Positions 1-8,469 of a DNA stretch of 64,000 bases are shown one piece after another. Source of the DNA: Leptospiria bacterium (lineage in GTDB: Bacteria; Spirochaetota; Leptospiria; Turneriellales; CBDBES01); assembly GCA_965261485.1 (NCBI GenBank), contig CBDHCY010000005.1, positions 1,484,901 through 1,548,900 on the forward strand. Reading direction: 5' to 3'. The notes under the pieces were generated by a model. That model made no database searches, had not been told where the DNA came from, and was given only the letters and a program-made list of their open reading frames with translations. Within the stretch, counting starts at the first letter, position 1. Every line of letters starts with the position of its first letter. The position numbers and the translations under genes are program-made.

Positions 1-2055
1 GTCAATATCAAAATCATATTTAACTCCTCCCTTTTTTTGTAAGTATGCCTTTATAATTTGAGTACTTTTAATAAGATTCTCTGTTTTTTTATCTTTAAGA
101 AGAAGTTGATAGCGATACTCATCTTTTATTTTTTCGATACTCGCTGGCATGGGGCCACAAACAGACTCAACACATATCGGGGGTTCATCTTTATCAAATA
201 TTGTTTTTTGAGAAGAGTTAAATTGAATAAATTCTTCTAAGTGATTACAAAATAAACGTAACTTCTCTAAGCTCTCACACCTCAAAAGAATTCTTACAAA
301 TCTTGAATAAGGTGGAAAGTTGGCGTATTTTCTCAATAGAAGCTCCTCCTTCAAAAATTCTTCATATTGATATGAAGATACTTTTTTCATAAGATCACTT
401 TCATTTTGCATCGTCTGCATAATAACCTCACCCATACTATACCTACCCGCTCTGCCAGATGCTTGAATTAAAAGCTGAGCGACTCTCTCAACAGCTCGAA
501 AATCAGGTAAGTTTAAACCAATATCGGCGTTAAGAATACCCACTAAAGTTACATTAGGTAAATCGAAGCCCTTGGCGATCATTTGTGTGCCAATTAAAAT
601 TTTAATTTTATTTTGCCTCATTGCCTCCAATACATCCACCACATAACCTTTACTTCTTGCATTATCTTGATCTAAACGAGCATACTCAACTTTAGGGAAG
701 TGAGCTTCAAGGGCATCTTCTACTTTTTGAATTCCCTTGCCCATCATGCTCAACGGTTTTTGACAAACAGCACAGTTTTTTTCAAATTGTGCTTCGTAAC
801 CACATAAATGGCATTTTACATAAAAATTTTTATGATTATGCTTGTTAAGGTTCGATCGGTGATATGTTAATGTTATTGAACATTTTTGACAAGAGATATT
901 TTTTTTGCAAGTCTCACAATATAAAAAATTACTATACCCTCGACGATTCAACAAAAGGAGAACCTGCTTATCATTTTTTAAATGTTCATCTATTTTAACT
1001 AATAGTGCCGGTGAGAAAATAGAGATACCTTCTGAGAAAATATTATGTGAGACTAAATGAATTTTAGGGAGTGGAAGTGCTGTTGCTCTTTTTTTAAGAT
1101 AGTAAATATAAATCGTTTTTTTTAATACACGTGCATAACTCTCTGCAGAAGGAGTTGCTGAGCCTAAAATTAATGTGTTGGGCTGTTTATTTTTTTTTGC
1201 GGCTTCTTTCAAACGAAACCATGCCACTGTTCGAGCATGATATTTAGGTGAGTGATTCTCTTTATAAGATATATCGTGCTCTTCATCAAGAATAATGAGC
1301 CCCAAATTCTGTACAGGGGCAAAAACTGCTGATCGAGTTCCTACGGCGAGCAAGGCTTCTCCATTTTGAAGTTTACGATACTCTCTTAATCGTTCACTTT
1401 TAGCTAAATTAGAATGTAAAACAACCATTTTTTCGCCATAATATGGCTTAAGCATCGTGACAAATTGATAAGTGAGGGCTATCTCAGGGAGTAAGAAGAT
1501 GCTCCCCACCTTTTTTTTTAAATTTTCATTAATAAGCTCTAGATAAATTCTCGTTTTACCTGAGCCAGTAATACCAAAGATTAGATGAGTAACAGGAGAT
1601 TGTTCAACGGAGACTTGTCTGGCTTGTAAAAGATTGATAATTTCTTTTTGTTCTTTAAGTAAAGGTTGCACCTTCATTTTTTCTATTGTGTTTTTTGATT
1701 CAGAGATATAGACACTTTCTCGCTTACCCGCGGGAATCATTTTAAATATCGCCTGCCCTATACTTGCGAGATAATATCGAGAGATAAATTCAGCGATAGA
1801 GAATTGTTCTTGATTTAAAATAGATTGTTGATCTATTATTTTTAATATTTCTTTTAATTGAACAACCCGAGCACCACTCTTACTTTTAAGATTGATTCGG
1901 TCTTTACTTAGTTTAAGTATTATACCTACTGTTTTAGTCTCTACTAATTCTACGTATACTCGTTGAAAAACTTGAATGGTGCTCTGCCATTTCTCAGGGA
2001 CAGCATAAGTAAAGCAGCACGGGTCTTTTTTATTAAATACAATCGTTGCCCACAT
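1..2055 (-). CDS. priA: primosomal replication protein N' (PriA helicase); the C-terminus runs off the window start
   Basis: Absent from the ORF track because there is no stop inside the window. Hand translation of the minus strand from the ATG at 2055-2053 gives MWATIVFNKKDP... It shows Walker A FGITGSGKT (about 1552-1579), helicase box LIILDEEHD (about 1273-1299), a Cys-rich zinc-binding block (CETCKK..CQKC..CHLCGY..CAVC) and a GRAGR motif. Confidence 0.85.
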   Translation of the reverse strand, partial: MWATIVFNKKDPCCFTYAVPEKWQSTIQVFQRVYVELVETKTVGIILKLSKDRINLKSKSGARVVQLKEILKIIDQQSILNQEQFSIAEFISRYYLASIGQAIFKMIPAGKRESVYISESKNTIEKMKVQPLLKEQKEIINLLQARQVSVEQSPVTHLIFGITGSGKTRIYLELINENLKKKVGSIFLLPEIALTYQFVTMLKPYYGEKMVVLHSNLAKSERLREYRKLQNGEALLAVGTRSAVFAPVQNLGLIILDEEHDISYKENHSPKYHARTVAWFRLKEAAKKNKQPNTLILGSATPSAESYARVLKKTIYIYYLKKRATALPLPKIHLVSHNIFSEGISIFSPALLVKIDEHLKNDKQVLLLLNRRGYSNFLYCETCKKNISCQKCSITLTYHRSNLNKHNHKNFYVKCHLCGYEAQFEKNCAVCQKPLSMMGKGIQKVEDALEAHFPKVEYARLDQDNARSKGYVVDVLEAMRQNKIKILIGTQMIAKGFDLPNVTLVGILNADIGLNLPDFRAVERVAQLLIQASGRAGRYSMGEVIMQTMQNESDLMKKVSSYQYEEFLKEELLLRKYANFPPYSRFVRILLRCESLEKLRLFCNHLEEFIQFNSSQKTIFDKDEPPICVESVCGPMPASIEKIKDEYRYQLLLKDKKTENLIKSTQIIKAYLQKKGGVKYDFDID

Positions 2056-2090
2056 ATTACATTTTTTTAAAGATAAAAGATAGACCTCCT

Positions 2091-2114
2091 AAAAAATTGA
2101 GTAACGATTACTCA
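2091..2114 (-). terminator. candidate intrinsic terminator downstream of paralog P1 and its tail array
   Basis: 7-bp inverted repeat TGAGTAA-cga-TTACTCA at 2098-2114. On the minus strand it is followed by a T6 run (A6 at 2091-2096 on the plus strand). The stem is short and AT-rich, so this is tentative. Confidence 0.4.
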
Positions 2115-2203
2115 TCCTATTAATAAATTTATGGATATACTGACAATGGGTTGCTAAAAATTCTTTTTGAGCGTTATCTTGCTCAAATTACCACGAACAA
2201 AGC

Positions 2204-2448
2204 CACCCATCAAATTGAAAATTCAAAGTTAAATTGAGGTTCAGCCTACTTTTTATTGTTATAGTGGCGGCATTGGCTGAGCTTCATAAGCACCCACTAA
2301 ATTCAAATTCAAATTCAAATTGAAAGTTGAAAGTGGAAAATTGAGGTTCAGCCCACCTTTTTATTGTGATAGTGGCGGCATTGGCTGAGCTTCATAAGCA
2401 CCTATCAAATTGAAAGTGGAAAATTGAGGTTCAGCCTACTTTTTATTG
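2204..2448 (-). repeat. 3'-tail cassette array A1 (a partial unit plus 2 full extra units) downstream of P1
   Basis: The motif TAGTGGCGGCATTGGCTGAGCTTCATAAGCACC recurs at about 2269 and 2369 and again as the true P1 gene end at 2449. Units are separated by CAAATT/GAAAGT-type hexamers. Confidence 0.85.
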
Positions 2449-4475
2449 TTATAGTGGCGGCATTGGCTGATACTCATAAGCACCCATGTCAATGAGAGGG
2501 CCTGCACTAGCAGACTTGCCCTTTACAATACGAGGCTTGCCGGCTAGGTCTAGGGCACCTGCTGGGAATAAAGGCGTCCCAGTAGGCCCATTACTACCCG
2601 CATCAATCGCAGGTGAACCCATCATTAAACTTAAATCATCATCGAGCGTGCCAAAAACATTATCAACACCATCGGCGTCTGCAAACAGAAGGTCATCATC
2701 AGCAGCGTCAATGTTATTACCAGTATTACCAGAAGCACAACTATTAGACCCCGTCCACCAATCGGTACTCACAGTACTATCACTACAATCTTGAATCAGG
2801 CTGTGTGAAATAGTAACTGTATCAGCAGAATCTCGATTACAAAAATTCATATTACCTTGGGGACTGCCTCCAGTACAAGCCGTCGCTGTATTGTCCCACA
2901 TAATGACATTGATCAAAATAAGACCAGAAGCGGTATTTACCATACCGCCACCGCCACCATTACTAGTGGCTGTATTGCCTGAAAAAATAACATTATTCAA
3001 AGTTACATCAGTACCATTATTACGCATACCGCCACTAGAAAAATCAGCCTTATTACCTGAGAAAATAACATTACTCAAAATAAAACGAAGACCAGTAATA
3101 ATAAATAGACCGCCTCCAGCATCATTAGACTTATTACCTGAGAAAATAACATTACTCAATGTTAAATCATCACTAGCACTACTAAACATACCGCCGCCAC
3201 CAGTAGCACTGCCAGCACTCAAACCAGCAGCACGATTACCTGAGAAAATAATATTACTTAATATTAAATTATTACCCTGTAAATTATAAAGACCGCCGCC
3301 ATTCGATCTCACTTGACCAGTACCATTTGATTGACCAGCTGTAATCGTAAACCCGTCTAAAGTTGTATTAGCCGCCCCTGTAACAACCGTATAAACATTG
3401 TTACCCTTAATATCGCTAGTAACTGTGGTGCTACCAGTCATAACTCGATTGGTCGTTTCTGTAACGCCATCAGCATTAACCGTGTCATTATTATCAATGT
3501 CACCGCTGAGAATAGTTTTATTCACCCGCCAGTTACGCTCACTTAATAAAGTATCTGCGACATCAAAACCACCATAGACCTTGACATTTGATTTCAATTG
3601 AAAAGTAGCATCTCTTCTATCAGAAGTTGTAGACGTAGGCTTATAAATACCTTTAGCCACCACAATCTTATTAGTGCCTGCAGAAGATGTTAACGCTAAG
3701 TTTAGAGAGCTATAAGCATTCGACCAACTCGTGCCATCATCCGTGCCATTCGCAGCAGCATTCACAAAAATAATTTTATCAGAGCTTTTCGTTGCTTCGA
3801 TCTCAACACCCGCGGCGTAATTATGGCTTGCATCATAAGCGAAGATTTTATAATAGTAGGCGGTGTTTACCGTTGCGGCACTAACGCCGAAATCAGAAGA
3901 ATTAGCACTCTGCACCACCTCTGAGCCACCAATATCACCACCAACCGTATATTCTTCACCAGCACTAGGCACGTCTACTATTGAGCTTGTATTTCTTAAG
4001 ATTAAAACACCAGAGAAATCAGCATCTGTCGGGTTTGCCCAAACAATCACGTTTAAGTCTCCAAAAGTAGCACCACTCACCACGGCTGGTGCCTCTGTAT
4101 CTGTTGGATCAGAATTTGTTCCACCGGGATTTGTTCCGCCGGGATTCTTGCCACCGGGATCTGTTGGGTCAGGATTTTTCCCGCCGGGCTCTATTGGCAC
4201 AGCCGGATCTTTAGCATCGTCGGAGCAAGAGACGTTAAAGGCAAAAAAAATAAGGATTAATAATAAACCTTGAGTAACCTTGAGTAACCTTGAGTAACCT
4301 TGAGTAACCTTGAGTAACCTTGAGTAACCTTGAGTAACCTTGAGTAACCTTGAGTAACCTTGAGTAACCTTGAGTAACCTTGAGTAACCTTGAGTAACCT
4401 TGAGTAACCTTGAGTAACCTTGAGTAACCTTGAGTAACCTTTGTGAGTTGATTTAAGTGCTTTTAATAGTTTCAT
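2449..4475 (-). CDS. P1: phase-variable Pmp-like / choice-of-anchor-Q-like beta-helix surface lipoprotein; leader and body currently out of frame (OFF)
   Basis: Body ORF 2449-4200 (583 aa) plus leader ORF 4257-4475 (MKLLKALKSTHK followed by repeat-encoded GYSRLLKVTQ...). Body features: lipobox segment GLLLILIFFAFNVSC|SDDAKDP readable upstream in the body frame; Pro/Gly linker PGGKNPDPTDPGG; Fn3-like block (ADFSGVLILRNT...YYYKIFAYDASHNY); repeated LSNVIFSGNxA...GGG[LM] beta-helix units; C-terminal DADGVDN..SPAIDAGS..DLAGKPRIV..IDMGAYE. The frame breaks only at the 17-unit decamer tract. Confidence 0.8.
4268..4441 (-). repeat. decamer tract, 17 perfect copies of CCTTGAGTAA (coding strand TTACTCAAGG)
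   Basis: Counted directly: units run from 4268 to 4437, then a partial CCTT. The tract lies between the ATG (4475) and the lipobox codons. Confidence 0.95.
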
Positions 4476-4479
4476 GTCT

Positions 4480-4508
4480 TCTTATCGTACACAAGGATAA
4501 TCTGTCAA
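4480..4508 (-). promoter_or_regulatory. candidate sigma70-type promoter of P1 (TTGACA-17 nt-ATAAGA, then 4 nt to the ATG)
   Basis: Minus strand reads TTGACAgattatccttgtgtacgATAAGAagacATG. The -35 is at 4508-4503 and the -10 at 4485-4480. The same architecture is conserved upstream of all five decamer-bearing paralogs. No Shine-Dalgarno sequence is visible. Confidence 0.35.
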
Positions 4509-4563
4509 TAAAAAAATGTTTTTTATAATTTATGAATACTTTGGAATTTAAAGACGTCTAATG

Positions 4564-5522
4564 AAATTCAAAGTTAAATTGAGGTTCGGCCTACTTTTTT
4601 ATTGTGATAGTGGCGGCATTGGCTGAAACCCATAAACACCCATCAAATTCAAATTCAAATTGACAATTGAAAATAGAAAATGGAAAATTGAGGTTCAGCC
4701 TACTTTTTTATTGTGATAGTGGCGGCATTGGCTGAAACCCATAAACACCCATCAAATTCAAATTCAAATTGACAATTGAAAATAGAAAATTGAGGTTCAG
4801 CCTACCTTTTTATTGTTATAGTGGCGGCATTGGCTGATACTCATAAGCACCCATCAAATAGAAAATGGAAAATTGAGGTTCAGCCTACTTTTTTATTGTG
4901 ATAGTGGCGGCATTGGCTGAGCTTCATAAGCACCCACCAAATTGACAATTGAAAATAGAAAATGGAAAATTGAGGTTCAGCCTACTTTTTTATTGTGATA
5001 GTGGCGGCATTGGCTGAGCTTCATAAGCACCCACCAAATTGACAATTGAAAATTGAGGTTCAGCCTACTTTTTTATTGTGATAGTGGCGGCATTGGCTGA
5101 GCTTCATAAGCACCCACCAAATAGAAAATGGAAAATTGAGGTTCGGCCTACCTTTTATTGTGATAGTGGCGGCATTGGCTGAGCTTCATAAGCACCCATC
5201 AAATTCAAATTCAAATTCAAATTCAAATTGAAAGTTGAAAATGGAAAATTAAAAGTTCAGCCTACTTTTTTATTGTTATAGTGGCGGCATTGCCTGAAAC
5301 CCATAAACACCCACCAAATTGAAAATTGAAAATTGAGGTTCGGCCTACCTTTTATTGTGATAGTGGCGGCATTGGCTGAGCTTCATAAGCACCCACCAAA
5401 TTGAAAATGGAAAATTGAGGTTCGGCCTACTTTTTATTGTGATAGTGGCGGCATTGCCTGAAACCCATAAACACCCACCAAATTGACAATTGAAAATTGA
5501 GGTTCAGCCTACTTTTTTATTG
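4564..5522 (-). repeat. 3'-tail cassette array A2 (10 extra units) between the P2 stop and the P1 promoter
   Basis: TAGTGGCGGCATTG starts at 4608, 4717, 4819, 4902, 4999, 5082, 5164, 5279, 5361 and 5443, and at the true gene end 5526. Unit lengths are 109, 102, 83, 97, 83, 82, 115, 82, 82 and 83 bp. Confidence 0.9.
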
Positions 5523-7446
5523 TTATAGTGGCGGCATTGGCTGAAACTCGTAAGCACCCATGTCAATGAGAGGGCCTGAACTAGCAGACTTGCCCTTTAC
5601 AATACGAGCCTTGCCGGCTAGGTCTAGGGCACCTGCTGGGAATAAAGGCGTCCCACTAGACCCATTACTACCCGCATCAATCGCAGGTGAAGTCGCCGTT
5701 AAACGTAAATCATCATCGAGCGTGCCAGCAACATTATCAACACCATCGGCGTCTGCAAACAGAGGGTCAGCGTCAATATTATTACCAGTATTACCAGAAG
5801 CACAACTATTAGCATGCCCTGATGCCCACCAATTGGTATCCGTGCTACAACCTTGAATCAGGCTGTGTGAAATAGTAACTATTCCAGAAGAACTGCCGTT
5901 GCAAAAATTAATATTACCTTTTGCTGTCCCTACAGGACAAGCTAGGGACATATTATCTGAAAAAATAACATTACTCAGTTTTAAACCAGTACCACTATTG
6001 AACAGACCGCCACCAACAGAATCAGACTTATTGCCTGAAAAAATAACGTTACTCAAAGTTGCATTAGTACTAGAATTAAAGAAACCGCCGCCAACAGTAA
6101 CAGCCCAATTGCCTGAGAAAATAACATTACTCAGTTTTAAACCAGTACCACCATTGAACAGACCGCCACCACCAAAACCGCCAGAACTATGATTACTGGC
6201 TGTATTGCCTGAGAAGATAACATTACTCAAAGTTAAATCCCCAGCAGCAGTATACATACCGCCGCCAGAATCGGCACTATTGCCTGAGAAGATAATATTA
6301 CTCAAAGTTAAATTATCACCACTACTATTATTATATATACCGCCACCAGAACTTCTACCACCACTAGAACCATTTGATAGACCAGCTGTAATCGTAAAGC
6401 CCTCTAAAGTTGTACCAGCCGCCCCTGTAACAACCGTATAAACATTGTTACCCTTAATATCGCTAGTAACTGTGGTGCTACCAGTCATAACTCGATTGGT
6501 CGTTTCTGTAACGCCATCAGCATTAACGATGTCATTATTATCAATGTCACCGCTGAGAATAGTTTTATTCACCAGCCAGTTACGCTCACTTAACGAGGCA
6601 TCTGCGACATCAAAACCACCATAGACCTTGACATTTGATTTCAATTGAAAAGTAGCACTTCTATCAGAAGTTGTAGACGTAGGCTTATAAACACCTTTAG
6701 CCACCACAATCTTATTAGTGACTGCAGAAGATGTTAACGCTGAGTTTAGAGAGCTATAAGCATTCGACCAACTCGTGCCATCACCCGTGCCACTCGCAGC
6801 AGCATTCACAAAAATAGTCTTATCAGAGCTTCTCGTTGCAGATATCTCAACACCCGCGGCGTAATTATGGCTTGCATCATAAGCGAAGATTTTATAATAG
6901 TAGGCGGTGTTTACCGTTGCGGCACTAACGCCGAAATCAGAAGAATTTGCACTCTGCACCACCTCTGAGCTACCAATATCACCACCAACCGTATATTCTT
7001 CACCAGCACTAGGCACGTCTACTATTGAGCTTGTATTTCTTAAGATTAAAACACCAGAGAAATCAGCATCTGTCGGGTTTGCCCAAACAATCACGTTTAA
7101 GTCTCCAAAAGTAGCACCACTCACCACGGCTGGTGCCTCTGTATCTGTTGAGACAGGAGTCGTTGGCATATTCGGATTTGTTCCGCCGGGATCTGTTGGG
7201 TCAGGGTTCTTTCCGCCGGGCTCTATTGGCACAGCCGGATCTTTAGCATCGTCAGAGCAAGAGACGTTAAAGGCAAAAAAAATAAGGATTAATAATAAAC
7301 CTTGAGTAACCTTGAGTAACCTTGAGTAACCTTGAGTAACCTTGAGTAACCTTGAGTAACCTTGAGTAACCTTGAGTAACCTTGAGTAACCTTGAGTAAC
7401 CTTGAGTAACCTTTTGAGTTGATTTAAGTGCTTTTAATAGTTTCAT
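5523..7446 (-). CDS. P2: phase-variable beta-helix surface lipoprotein paralog, currently OFF
   Basis: Body ORF 5523-7232 (569 aa) has the same architecture as P1. The ATG at 7446-7444 (MKLLKALKSTQK) is separated from the lipobox by an 11-unit decamer tract and is out of frame with the body. Confidence 0.8.
7300..7413 (-). repeat. decamer tract, 11 perfect copies of CCTTGAGTAA
   Basis: Counted directly: units run from 7300 to 7409, followed by CCTTTTGAG. Confidence 0.95.
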
Positions 7447-7450
7447 GTCT

Positions 7451-7479
7451 TCTTATCGTACACAAGGATAATCTGTCAA
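7451..7479 (-). promoter_or_regulatory. candidate promoter of P2 (TTGACA-17-ATAAGA)
   Basis: Identical sequence and spacing to the P1 promoter. The -10 is at 7456-7451 and the -35 at 7479-7474. Confidence 0.35.
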
Positions 7480-7534
7480 TAAAAAAATGTTTTTTATAAT
7501 TTATGAATACCTTGGAATCTAAAGACGTCTAATG

Positions 7535-8469
7535 AAATTCAAAGTTAAATTGAGGTTCAGCCTACTTTTTTATTGTGATAGTGGCGGCATTGCCTGAAAC
7601 CCATAAACACCCATCAAATTCAAATTCAAATTGACAATTAAAAATGGAAAATTAAAAGTTCAGCCTACTTTTTTATTGTTATAGTGGCGGCATTGCCTGA
7701 AACCCATAAACACCCATCAAATTCAAATTCAAATTGACAATTGAAAATAGAAAATTGAGGTTCAGCCTACCTTTTTATTATGATAGTGGCGGCATTGCCT
7801 GAAACCCATAAACACCCATCAAATTCAAATTCAAATTGACAATTGAAAATAGAAAATTGAGGTTCAGCCTACCTTTTTATTATGATAGTGGCGGCATTGG
7901 CTGAGCTTCATAAGCACCCATCAAATTGAAAGTTGAAATTGACAATTGAAAGTGGAAAATTAAAAATTCAGCCTACCTTTTTATTGTTATAGTGGCGGCA
8001 TTGCCTGAAACCCATAAACACCCATCAAATTCAAATTCAAATTCAAATTCAAATTGAAAGTTGAAAATGGAAAATTAAAAGTTCAGCCTACTTTTTTATT
8101 GTGATAGTGGCGGCATTGCCTGAAACCCATAAACACCCATCAAATTCAAATTAAAATTGACAATTGAAAGTGGAAAATTGAGGTTCAGCCTACCTTTTTA
8201 TTGTGATAGTGGCGGCATTGGCTGAGCTTCATAAGCACCTATCAAATTGAAAGTTGAAAGTGGAAAATTGAGGTTCAGCCTACTTTTTTATTGTTATAGT
8301 GGCGGCATTGGCTGAGCTTCATAAACACCCATCAAATTCAAATTCAAATTCAAATTGAAAATGGAAAATTGAGGTTCAGCCTACTTTTTATTGTTATAGT
8401 GGCGGCATTGGCTGAGCTTCATAAGCACCCACCAAATTGACAATTGAGGTTCAGCCTACCTTTTTATTG
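7535..8469 (-). repeat. 3'-tail cassette array A3 (9 extra units) between the P3 stop and the P2 promoter
   Basis: Nine copies of ATAGTGGCGGCATTG[GC]CTGA... precede the true P3 end at 8470. There are two tail alleles (GAGCTTCATAAGCACCC and GAAACCCATAAACACCC) and one hybrid (GAGCTTCATAAACACCC, about 8310). Confidence 0.9.

Noticed and set aside
58-240. 60-aa plus-strand ORF at 58-240.
   Set aside because: It is antisense to the clearly recognisable priA coding sequence and has a low-complexity AT-rich translation.
2085-2090. Perfect AGGAGG (minus strand) upstream of priA as its ribosome-binding site.
   Set aside because: It lies about 29 nt from the priA ATG at 2055, which is too far for a Shine-Dalgarno sequence, and no alternative start codon sits at proper spacing.
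4225-4260. T8 homopolymer in the lipobox hydrophobic core (ATT TTT TTT GCC; A8 on the plus strand) as a second slippage switch.
   Set aside because: The length is identical (8) in all five paralogs, so there is no evidence of variation, and such runs are common in this AT-rich genome.
2486-4273. Plus-strand ORFs antisense to the paralog genes (for example 2486-2794, 2891-3289 and 3863-4273, with equivalents in P2 to P7), giving Pro/Leu-rich translations.
   Set aside because: They mirror the repetitive, relatively GC-rich minus-strand genes, recur only because the paralogs recur, and have no independent start or RBS context or recognisable motifs. The minus-strand reading has coherent domain architecture.
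4257-4475. Leader ORFs 4257-4475, 10229-10471 and 51913-52122 (MKLLKALKST... plus repeat-encoded peptide) as independent small genes.
   Set aside because: They are the N-terminal signal-peptide exon-equivalents of P1, P3 and P4, cut off by the frame shift in the decamer tract. In P5 the same leader is continuous with the body.
4552-4559. 8-bp perfect palindrome AGACGTCT upstream of the P1 and P2 promoters as an operator.
   Set aside because: It is imperfect (AGACATCT) upstream of P4, P5 and P6 and absent upstream of P3. It is too short to support a binding-site claim without data.
4564-8469. The repeat/spacer appearance of arrays A2 and A3 suggested a CRISPR array.
   Set aside because: The repeats are homologous to the 3' ends of the adjacent genes. 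The 'spacers' are low-complexity hexamer microsatellite shared between units rather than unique sequences. Unit lengths vary from 82 to 115 bp, and no cas genes are in the window.
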